IMG/VR virus record: IMGVR_UViG_3300032243_000069
Coordinates: 1-28,400 of that record
DNA length: 28,400 nt
DNA from: a virus
Lineage: Duplodnaviria > Caudoviricetes
Reading direction: 5' to 3' (one strand)
The notes below the pieces were generated by a model. That model was not told where the DNA came from. It did no database searches and saw only the letters and a program-made list of their open reading frames with translations. Below, piece by piece: positions 16,523 through 23,717 of the stretch; positions within the stretch are counted from its first letter, which is position 1, and each line of letters starts with the position of its first letter. The position numbers and the translations under genes were made by a program.

Positions 16523-18189
16523 GAGTTACCTACCTTGTATTCTCCGTCCAAAGGACATCTTAATCTTTTCTTTGGGTTCGGAACTGGGTCATCTAATACT
16601 TTTAATTCTTTTACAACATCTGCAATCGCCTGTTTACCCAGCTTACCGACTTCTTCTGCACGACTTTCTTCTACTTCAATTTGCCACTCATCGTGAACAT
16701 TAGCAACTATCTTAAAATCTATCTTAGACTGCCGTAGTTTCTTATGCAAGAGAACCACAGCTTGCTTCATGACGATTGCACCAGCACCTTGCAAGAGCGT
16801 GTTAAGTGCCGAGTGCTCCGCACGAACGAGTAACTTGCGTCCGTCAAGACCCGGTAGCCATCCTTTTTTAGCATAGATACGAGATACTTTCTCTCTAAGA
16901 GCTTTAAGTTTCGGTGTGTTTCGTAAAAAAGAATCAATGAGCTTCTGTCCTTCTTTCGCAGAACCTCCAACAATCGACCCGATTTTGGCACTTCCCGCAC
17001 CATAGAGGAATGCATAGATAAATGTCTTAGCTTGATTTCTCGTTTGCAACCCAGCAGCGGTTTGATTCGCTGTGTGGATATCGCCTTCAGTAACTTCATG
17101 TGTATATACATTGTCGTTCATATAGTGAGCCAGCATTCGTAACTCCAGTCCTGAAGCATCAATACCAACTAACTTATAGCCTTTCTCTACTGTCCATAAA
17201 TCTCGACACTCTAATCCATAAGGACTACCACTGTTGGGAACTTGTGCCATGTTAGGGCTGTGGTGTGTCATACGACCTGTCACAGCTCCGTTAGTAATGA
17301 CACGACCATGAACCCTGCCATCTGTTCCAATCGCCTCTAGCCAGCTATCAATCTGTGCTATCCGCTTTTGTAACATCATATACTCTGCTAAGGTTTTTGC
17401 TTCTGGGAAGTCGAGGCTTTCGAGCGTGGTTTCGTCGACGATGACCGACCCTTTTTCTGTAAACTTGTTAGGTTTCCAACCTTTCTCGATGAGCCTTTCT
17501 GCGATTTGCTGGCGACTGCCGGGATTGAACGGCTCGATGATGTCTTTGAGGGGTTTGCCATTCGTTTTGTGAACTCGTCCAGTGGTGACTTTGTCAGGAA
17601 AGATTGCTGCCATTTCAACTTGAATAGCGTCCAGCTTAGTTTTAAGTAAAGATAATAATTGTAAAGCTGCTGCTTCATTGAGTTTGAAGCCATTTCTTTC
17701 TTGTTCCGCAACGATGATTGCGACTTCGTGTTCGAGCGTGATACTCTCTTTTGAATAACCATTTTTCATCTCCTGAGTTAAGTGTTCATACAACTTTTGT
17801 GTTACTAATGTATCTTGAATACAATATTCCAACATCTCATCTGTAAGTCCGTTGTCAAAGTCTGTAAAATCTCCCTTAGCAAACCCTAAGCGTTGTCCCC
17901 ATGCAGCAAGGCTATGTCCATCTTCTAAGCTAGGGTTATACAGTCTAGACAACACCAGCGTATCTACTAATTTTGACTTCTTTACAGTAATACCCCAAAC
18001 TCTTTTCAATACTGGGAAGTCAAAGAAGATTCCGTTGTGAGCAATGATGCTTTCACAACCATCTAAAAACGCTTGTAATTCAACAGGTTGCAAGAAAGTT
18101 GATACTACATTCTTTTTTATATCACGACAAACTACACACCAAATCTTATCGTGTGCTAGGTTTGTTTCAATGTCAAGAATGATTTTCAT
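16504..18189 (-). CDS. Family A DNA polymerase (T7 gp5-like, with 3'-5' exonuclease domain)
   Basis: Exo motifs LDIET, HNG..FD, YC.QD; TGR, PNMAQ; motif A DASGLELR, motif B AKTFIYAFLYG, motif C VHDE. Confidence 0.95.
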   Translation of the reverse strand: MKIILDIETNLAHDKIWCVVCRDIKKNVVSTFLQPVELQAFLDGCESIIAHNGIFFDFPVLKRVWGITVKKSKLVDTLVLSRLYNPSLEDGHSLAAWGQRLGFAKGDFTDFDNGLTDEMLEYCIQDTLVTQKLYEHLTQEMKNGYSKESITLEHEVAIIVAEQERNGFKLNEAAALQLLSLLKTKLDAIQVEMAAIFPDKVTTGRVHKTNGKPLKDIIEPFNPGSRQQIAERLIEKGWKPNKFTEKGSVIVDETTLESLDFPEAKTLAEYMMLQKRIAQIDSWLEAIGTDGRVHGRVITNGAVTGRMTHHSPNMAQVPNSGSPYGLECRDLWTVEKGYKLVGIDASGLELRMLAHYMNDNVYTHEVTEGDIHTANQTAAGLQTRNQAKTFIYAFLYGAGSAKIGSIVGGSAKEGQKLIDSFLRNTPKLKALREKVSRIYAKKGWLPGLDGRKLLVRAEHSALNTLLQGAGAIVMKQAVVLLHKKLRQSKIDFKIVANVHDEWQIEVEESRAEEVGKLGKQAIADVVKELKVLDDPVPNPKKRLRCPLDGEYKVGNSWKETH

Positions 18190-18332
18190 TTAATGTTCAT
18201 CCATAAACCTACTTGAGCTGCAGCATAGCCAATCCATATCAACGCATTAGGAATAGACCCTTTGCTTAATTGTAACATACCTACAATTAAATAGCCAATA
18301 CCGGTAGCACCAACAATCCAATGCTCAATCAT
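18186..18332 (-). CDS. Small two-TM membrane protein (48 aa)
   Basis: MIEHWIVGATGIGYLIVGMLQLSKGSIPNALIWIGYAAAQVGLWMNIK. The ATG at 18332 is preferred over the ORF-track start. Confidence 0.6.
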   Translation of the reverse strand: MIEHWIVGATGIGYLIVGMLQLSKGSIPNALIWIGYAAAQVGLWMNIK

Positions 18333-18672
18333 TTGATTCAACACCTTCCATGCGTTTAATCTCATGGTCAATAATATTCTTTGCAGATTGAAAAGCTAAA
18401 CTTAATCGCTTCATATCTTCTACATGATAGTTATCAACACCACCAGCAGGAACACCATAAGCCTCTAATGTATCTCGAACCATTTGTTTTAGTGTTGTAT
18501 CAAATTGCACAGGTTCGTCAGAATCCCCAAACCAAAAACCATAGTTAATGATTCCGTTTTCTGTAATCCACGCATATCCGTCTATTTTAATATTCTTCTT
18601 ACTCATATCTTCTTTCCATTTCCATAAGTTGTTCCAGTTGGGTAGATGTAGTGGCGGACATTTCCAAACCAT
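18325..18672 (-). CDS. Hypothetical protein
   Basis: 115-aa ORF, TAATG-coupled to the upstream mini-gene. Confidence 0.6.
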   Translation of the reverse strand: MVWKCPPLHLPNWNNLWKWKEDMSKKNIKIDGYAWITENGIINYGFWFGDSDEPVQFDTTLKQMVRDTLEAYGVPAGGVDNYHVEDMKRLSLAFQSAKNIIDHEIKRMEGVESND

Positions 18673-18791
18673 TATACATTTCTCCAGTACCTATCTTTAG
18701 GGTTAGCCAACATAGACTTGAGTAGCTCATCTACTGAGCTAAACCATTGAGTGACTCTCATGCCTTTTTCAGTCATGATGTCAAAGCTCAT
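18672..18791 (-). CDS. Small hypothetical protein (39 aa)
   Basis: Absent from the ORF track. Translates as MSFDIMTEKGMRVTQWFSSVDELLKSMLANPKDRYWRNV, with a GGAGG RBS and ATGA and TAATG overlaps with its neighbours. Confidence 0.65.
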   Translation of the reverse strand: MSFDIMTEKGMRVTQWFSSVDELLKSMLANPKDRYWRNV

Positions 18792-19111
18792 CTGCCCTCC
18801 GCAATAAACTTATCAACGGCAGCATCAATCTCGTTACCAATCATCCATCTCCATTCGCTCATATCGCCATTACAAGCAATCACAGACGGAGCTACGAGAC
18901 TGTGGTCCACATCCCACGAAGCACTGCGTAGCCAGCGATAACGCTCTGCATCAGCATAGATTTCTGTGTTGTCCTGTATGCGACCAAAGACATCCTTGTT
19001 TAAAGTGCGTAGTCGGTCAATCTCTAAACACAATGCGTTGATGTAATTGCGAGTAACTGAATATTCATCCTGTTTCGCATACTCTCTTGCTGCTTCTACT
19101 AAGTCTTTCAT
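18788..19111 (-). CDS. Hypothetical protein with DAERYRWLR motif (Ead/Ea22-like)
   Basis: ALCLEIDRLR...DAERYRWLR...IDAAVD is a pattern common in proteobacterial phages. Confidence 0.65.
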   Translation of the reverse strand: MKDLVEAAREYAKQDEYSVTRNYINALCLEIDRLRTLNKDVFGRIQDNTEIYADAERYRWLRSASWDVDHSLVAPSVIACNGDMSEWRWMIGNEIDAAVDKFIAEGR

Positions 19112-20697
19112 AGTGTGTCCTGTATCTCTAACATTCGTCCAGTTTGTCCATTATACAACAATGCTCCGCAGTTACCAGTGTAGCCACTAAAGCGATTCTT
19201 TAGCACTCGCACCGAAGTAGTATTGCGTTCAATCATATCCATCGCCTGTCCATTACGCTCTAATCCTATCACAATGTCAGACAGTTGTGCAATAGCACCT
19301 GAACCACGCAACTGTGCTAAGGATGTCGCAGCTCCTTCCTCATGCCCTTTGCTATCAGGTCTTTTAAGGTGAGAGACACAAATCAAAGCAATGCCAGTCT
19401 CTTGAACCAACATCCGCAACTTAGTCATAATGGAATCCAAGGCTTTACGCTCATCGCCAACATCGCCCCCGCTAACAATAATACTAAGATGGTCAAGAAA
19501 GACATAGCCACAATTAAGACCTTTAGCCATATAACGCACTCTATTGACAATATTTTCCAAAGAAGTGCTGCCGAAATGGTCAAACAAATAAATGCGGTCA
19601 CTTCCGAGTGTTCTATCAAAAGCATCTTTAAGCTCCTCTGGTGAGATTTCTACATCAGGTAAATGAATTGGTTTGTTTACTGCCAAAGACATCAAGCTAC
19701 GGGCAGTCTTTCGCACACTTTCTTCAAGAAACATAAGTCCGATTCTGTCAGTTGTTTTGTTAATGATGTGCCATACAATTTCACGCAAAAACTGTGACTT
19801 TCCCAGACCAGAACCCGCCGTAACCATGACGAGTTCTCCTTTCCGAATTCCGTATGTAAGTTTATTAAGTCCTTCATAAGGATAATCGCAGTCTGCTTTT
19901 GCAATAGGAGCTGAGACCAAATCCCACAAGGTGTTGCCCTGAATAATTCCATCAGGAACATAAGACTCCGCAGCCCACCAAGTATCAATAAATTCTTTAC
20001 CAGCATTATTCTCAAGGTAATCGCAAGCATCTTTGTATCCTTTCTTATGCTTCATTACTTTAACCTTACCACCAAACAATTCCGCTACTGCTTGTGCTGC
20101 TTTAATTCCCGGCTCATCAGCATCAAAGCAAATCACAATATTCTCAAATGAATCAATCCATTCATACTGTGTTTTACAGTCCTTTAGAGCTGCTTGTGCG
20201 CCGTTACGCACCGATACACAAGGATACTTGCTACCTTGCATCTGATAACTCGCTAGAGCGTCTAATTCACCTTCGCAGATTGTCAAGTAACGACCAGCTT
20301 TAGTAAATAGATTTTGTCCAAAAAGCGTAGCATCTTTAAAATCACCAGCAATACTAAAATCTTTGGTTTCCACTAGCCTAGTCTTAACTGCTGTCATTAC
20401 TCCATCAGCATCAAAGTAAGGATAGTAGTGTTTGCCGTTATCCTGTCTTACTCCGTAGGCTATGCAAGTAGCCGAAGTAATGCCACGACTAACGATAGAA
20501 GTAGAAGTGCTATTGTCATAGAATTTTAAATCCTTATTCATAGGTTTAACTGCTTTCTGTGTAGTGATTGTGCCGTCCCCAGCAACATAGGTTTCACAAG
20601 CAAAACAGTATTGATGACCATCGTCAAATAAACTGTTTGCATCGCTACTTCCACAACTCTCGCAGGGAATATGCCTGAGATATTTAGAGTCCTGCAC
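19108..20697 (-). CDS. T7 gp4-like primase-helicase
   Basis: Zn finger CESCGSSD...CFAC, TOPRIM (EGELDA, FDADEPG), Walker A GSGLGKS, LDHL, LRGSG.I.QLSD, KNR. GTG start at 20697 with an AGAGG RBS (the ORF track extends to 20736). Confidence 0.95.
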   Translation of the reverse strand: MQDSKYLRHIPCESCGSSDANSLFDDGHQYCFACETYVAGDGTITTQKAVKPMNKDLKFYDNSTSTSIVSRGITSATCIAYGVRQDNGKHYYPYFDADGVMTAVKTRLVETKDFSIAGDFKDATLFGQNLFTKAGRYLTICEGELDALASYQMQGSKYPCVSVRNGAQAALKDCKTQYEWIDSFENIVICFDADEPGIKAAQAVAELFGGKVKVMKHKKGYKDACDYLENNAGKEFIDTWWAAESYVPDGIIQGNTLWDLVSAPIAKADCDYPYEGLNKLTYGIRKGELVMVTAGSGLGKSQFLREIVWHIINKTTDRIGLMFLEESVRKTARSLMSLAVNKPIHLPDVEISPEELKDAFDRTLGSDRIYLFDHFGSTSLENIVNRVRYMAKGLNCGYVFLDHLSIIVSGGDVGDERKALDSIMTKLRMLVQETGIALICVSHLKRPDSKGHEEGAATSLAQLRGSGAIAQLSDIVIGLERNGQAMDMIERNTTSVRVLKNRFSGYTGNCGALLYNGQTGRMLEIQDTL

Positions 20698-20881
20698 TAT
20701 CAACCTCTTGTAAATCGTAGGTGATGTCAAGCACATCTTCCTTAGTAATCTTCTCTACTGGTAACTCTTCCACCTTGCACCAGCAATCCTCTTCCGTATC
20801 GCCATAAACCGACACAGAATAAGACACAGTAACAGTAAACTTAGCAACCACTCCAACAGGCTCTTCTCTGTAATATTTCAT
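20684..20881 (-). CDS. Hypothetical protein
   Basis: 65 aa, GAGG RBS, TAATG coupling. Confidence 0.6.
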   Translation of the reverse strand: MKYYREEPVGVVAKFTVTVSYSVSVYGDTEEDCWCKVEELPVEKITKEDVLDITYDLQEVDSAGL

Positions 20882-21093
20882 TATTTCACCTCAATTATTC
20901 CTTGTTTAACTCGATAAGGATACCTAGATTCAACATAAAAGCATCTAAATACCCCGTCCTTAACGCTTAACCAACCATGCCAATCGCTATATTTATCAGC
21001 ATAATTACCACATACCTGATGGTCTATCTCAATCATAGCGACAGAATACCCCACAAACGCACTAAAACACGCTACAATCGCATAACGCAGCAT
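20881..21093 (-). CDS. Hypothetical protein with an N-terminal signal/TM segment
   Basis: Hydrophobic start MLRYAIVACFSAFVGYSVA; GAGG RBS. Confidence 0.6.
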   Translation of the reverse strand: MLRYAIVACFSAFVGYSVAMIEIDHQVCGNYADKYSDWHGWLSVKDGVFRCFYVESRYPYRVKQGIIEVK

Positions 21094-21096
21094 CGC

Positions 21097-21288
21097 CTAT
21101 ACCTCGGTATCAACTACTGGAATTAAGCGGTCTATGGCTTCATTTAAGCGGTTTCTAAAATCCGCCATAATTTCCTCATAGCCGTATTGTCCACACAATG
21201 CCACCATCTCTTCTAAGACAAAGTGTTTATGCAATTCCGCTTGTGCCTGTTGCAACTCAAAACCCGATAAATCGTCAAATTCCAACAT
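21097..21288 (-). CDS. Hypothetical acidic protein (63 aa)
   Basis: ATG at 21288 preceded by GGGAGGG. Confidence 0.6.
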   Translation of the reverse strand: MLEFDDLSGFELQQAQAELHKHFVLEEMVALCGQYGYEEIMADFRNRLNEAIDRLIPVVDTEV

Positions 21289-21310
21289 AAAACCCTCCCA
21301 TAAAAGACAC

Positions 21311-21339
21311 ATCATAAAACAAAAGACACAAATTGTCTG
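21311..21339 (-). promoter_or_regulatory. Putative sigma70 promoter for the replication operon
   Basis: The minus strand reads CAGACA-17-TATGAT upstream of 21288. Confidence 0.4.
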
Positions 21340-21396
21340 TCGTTTTCAAACAACACTAGCAAAGTCTTATGAACCCCACTATAATAACTATATAGA

Positions 21397-21484
21397 TAAC
21401 AACATAGACTATCGTAGATTGTTTTTCTATGTTAATTGATAGTAGTCTATATTCACAGTAACAACATAGACTATATAGGTCTAT
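21397..21484. repeat. AT-rich direct and inverted repeats (candidate replication origin)
   Basis: TAACAACATAGACTAT at 21397-21412 and 21459-21474; inverted partial copies TCTATGTT (21426), TAGTCTAT (21443) and GTCTAT (21479). Confidence 0.6.
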
Positions 21485-21497
21485 ATCGGTAACTATA

Positions 21498-21743
21498 TTA
21501 CCTCTCGTTCCAGTAATCGTCTATATCGTCATTTTCGTAGTCATCTATGTAATTGTCATCTTCCAACAATTCCCCATTCCCTGTATCACCTTCACTTACA
21601 AGGTCATTCCTAACCTGAATAGGGATATAAGCATCAACTGATTTTAAACAGGTAGAGCACATTTCTAGGAATTGCCTAGTGATACCATGTCTTATAGTCG
21701 ATTCATAGTCATTTAATGCTGCATTGCAACAAGTGCATCTCAT
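21498..21743 (-). CDS. Small Zn-finger protein with acidic tail
   Basis: MRCTCC...MCSTC followed by an Asp-rich C-terminus; AAAGG RBS. Confidence 0.7.
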   Translation of the reverse strand: MRCTCCNAALNDYESTIRHGITRQFLEMCSTCLKSVDAYIPIQVRNDLVSEGDTGNGELLEDDNYIDDYENDDIDDYWNER

Positions 21744-21810
21744 AATATAGCCTTTCTGAGCTGTTTAGCTCGTAAGTGATACCTTACCCTCAACTACCCT
21801 TCAAACTCGG

Positions 21811-21909
21811 CTATAAAGCCCCTTTAATGGCTCGTAATAGACATATCATAACATGAGTATAGACTGTAATGCCACAAAGCCAGTAAAACCATGTATAAGG
21901 GTTTCTCAT
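21811..21909 (-). CDS. Putative 32-aa membrane peptide
   Basis: MRNPYTWFYWLCGITVYTHVMICLLRAIKGAL; AAGGA upstream. Confidence 0.4.
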   Translation of the reverse strand: MRNPYTWFYWLCGITVYTHVMICLLRAIKGAL

Positions 21910-21913
21910 GATG

Positions 21914-22063
21914 TCATATCCTTGTACATGATGGTGGCATATTAGGGCAAATATAGCACGATACTATACCCTTTGGAGTGTTTATAGTTTGCACTTGGCA
22001 TGCTTGTGCGAATATATCCCCTATAAACAATAGGGATATGATTAAACCCATAATTTTAAACAT
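21914..22063 (-). CDS. Putative exported 4-Cys mini-protein (49 aa)
   Basis: MFKIMGLIISLLFIGDIFAQACQVQTINTPKGIVSCYICPNMPPSCTRI; signal-peptide-like with an AQA site; GAGGA RBS. Confidence 0.6.
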   Translation of the reverse strand: MFKIMGLIISLLFIGDIFAQACQVQTINTPKGIVSCYICPNMPPSCTRI

Positions 22064-22194
22064 AGATAGAATTCCTCATAAGTTACATTTCGTTTAGATA
22101 ACTCAACCCTTAACTTTTTAAGTGCTGATTGCTCTAGCTGGCTAACCCTTTGATGGCTTAACCCTAAAGCTGCTGCCACTTCCTTTAATGTCAT
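22042..22194 (-). CDS. Stand-alone sigma70 region-4-like HTH protein (50 aa)
   Basis: Absent from the ORF track. Translates as MTLKEVAAALGLSHQRVSQLEQSALKKLRVELSKRNVTYEEFYLCLKLWV, with a GGAGG RBS; matches the sigma region 4.2 pattern. Confidence 0.75.
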   Translation of the reverse strand: MTLKEVAAALGLSHQRVSQLEQSALKKLRVELSKRNVTYEEFYLCLKLWV

Positions 22195-22284
22195 CTATAG
22201 CCCTCCAGTAGTTAAGACATAGACAATGAGCGGGATTGTGAAGCACAACAACCCCATTAAACAACCTTGTAAAAATTTAAGCAT
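22195..22284 (-). CDS. Single-TM peptide (29 aa)
   Basis: MLKFLQGCLMGLLCFTIPLIVYVLTTGGL; AAGGGG RBS before the ATG at 22284. Confidence 0.55.
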   Translation of the reverse strand: MLKFLQGCLMGLLCFTIPLIVYVLTTGGL

Positions 22285-22294
22285 GATAAACCCC

Positions 22295-22621
22295 TTAGAA
22301 TGATTGGAAAATAATACTGTCATCAGTATGACCAATAACGCTAGTGTTGTCAGCAAGATAAGCAAACACCTTATCAAAATTGACCTGAGTATCGTCATCA
22401 GGGTCTAGCTCAATATCATAGCTATTAACAATTTCTTCTATTGTGCTTTCTTGATACTCGCAACAAATGGCAATGACATCTAGTTCGATTTGTTCCCCAG
22501 TGTCATCTTCATAAGATTCAAAGTAGTTAAACAATTGCTCCAAGCCCTCATAACTGAAATTATTGGGACGGATAGCGTTAAAAGCATTGCGGAAATCGTT
22601 TAGGGTTACTGTTGTTTTCAT
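22295..22621 (-). CDS. Highly acidic early protein (108 aa)
   Basis: ATG at 22621 with a GGAG RBS; FSYEGL..LF.Y....IELDVIAICCEY. Confidence 0.75.
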   Translation of the reverse strand: MKTTVTLNDFRNAFNAIRPNNFSYEGLEQLFNYFESYEDDTGEQIELDVIAICCEYQESTIEEIVNSYDIELDPDDDTQVNFDKVFAYLADNTSVIGHTDDSIIFQSF

Positions 22622-22670
22622 TTTGTAATTCTCCAAAGTTAGGATAATGCGGTTTAAGTTTACTGCTGTT

Positions 22671-22886
22671 TTAAGATAAATATTCATTTATCAAATCAAT
22701 TGTTTCGGCAGCTGTGCGAACTAAGTTATCGGAAATATTGCGACCATCGATAAATGGCTCAGCTTGATAAATCCATTGTGCGACCTCTGCCAGCATTACG
22801 ACCCGTTTTAAATCATGGGTGGCAATTAGAGCTGGTAATGCGTTTGCTTTTTTAAGAGCTTGTTTAAAGAGGATTTGTGCGTTCAT
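22671..22886 (-). CDS. Hypothetical early protein
   Basis: 71 aa, AAGGGAG RBS. Confidence 0.65.
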   Translation of the reverse strand: MNAQILFKQALKKANALPALIATHDLKRVVMLAEVAQWIYQAEPFIDGRNISDNLVRTAAETIDLINEYLS

Positions 22887-22921
22887 TTGTATTACTCCCT
22901 TATCTACTAGTTAATGAATGG

Positions 22922-23107
22922 TTAAACTGCAGTGCTTAAAATATACTCGGAATGGCTCTCAATCCAGTCGAGTGCCTCTTGAAGGGAGCAAAGATAAGAA
23001 GCCCCTGTGCTATGCATTACAGCCCACTGGTGCGAGTGTTTGTTAGGTTTAAGGTCAATATAGTAAGTTCCTACATCGGTTTCAATTGTTGCAAAGAATG
23101 ATTGCAT
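22922..23107 (-). CDS. Hypothetical early protein (first gene of the arm)
   Basis: 61 aa, AAAGGA RBS. Confidence 0.65.
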   Translation of the reverse strand: MQSFFATIETDVGTYYIDLKPNKHSHQWAVMHSTGASYLCSLQEALDWIESHSEYILSTAV

Positions 23108-23381
23108 GGTAATTCCTTTCTTATCTACTGGTTAATGGTTACTGCTTACCCTCTACTCTGAGGCTTTGCTAGGTCTGTGTCTAATTGTATTTAACTATAA
23201 CGGCCTTGGAATTGATAGTCTAAAACTATTTATTTAAAACAGACCGCCAGCCCTTTGTTTATATAGAAAACTGCGTTCGTAAACAGTTAAGGGCTAAGTA
23301 TCATCTCAGGATAAAACAGCTCTAAAGCCTTGTATTGCAGTCTAAACAGTATCTAAGGGTAAACCCTAGTATGTTTGTATT

Positions 23382-23619
23382 GTTAGTGTCTACTAACTTA
23401 ATTCTGAGCTGTGGAATGTTAGTAATGACTAACTTCCTAGAGCTGTGAAGTGTTAGTGATGACTAACTTAGTCCCTGCTATATGGTGCAACACAGCAACA
23501 CACACTTAGTTAGTGCAGACTAACATAGTTGACTCTGTCCCTATTATTATCCTATGTAAGTGCTTACTATCATTGACTCTGTCCCCATTATTGCTTCATT
23601 GATGTAAGTGAGTGCTTAC
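23382..23619. repeat. Array of six GTWAGT-N4-ACTWAC palindromes
   Basis: Perfect GTTAGT-N4-ACTAAC at 23382, 23418, 23452 and 23509; variants at 23556 (GTAAGT-gctt-ACTATC) and 23604 (GTAAGT-gagt-GCTTAC). Confidence 0.85.
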
Positions 23620-23717
23620 TTCGCTATAGGGGGGAGGGGGTTGATGTTATAGTATAATATTGTGGGAGGCGCTATAGCACACAAAAGAGTAAAATAGGAC
23701 TTATGCTAATATAGACT

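Noticed and set aside
11634-20245. Nested ORFs inside nrdJ, the polymerase and the primase-helicase (e.g. 12360-12773, 16767-17111, 17388-17762, 19692-20030)
   Set aside because: They are alternate frames of conserved enzymes whose main frames are intact. I saw no intein, intron or frameshift signal.
20539-20541. T7 gp4B-like internal start (MNKDLKF) after the Zn finger
   Set aside because: The position is analogous, but no Shine-Dalgarno is visible.
23473-23489. NtrC-like site (TGGTGCA)
   Set aside because: Only one half-site matches.
23382-23619. CRISPR mini-array interpretation of the palindrome repeats
   Set aside because: The units are only 16 bp with variable centres, the gaps range from 18 to 41 bp and are partly duplicates of each other, and there are no cas genes.
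23629-23658. G-quadruplex, or a promoter based on TATAAT at 23653
   Set aside because: There are only two long G-runs, and the TATAAT has neither a -35 nor an extended -10.
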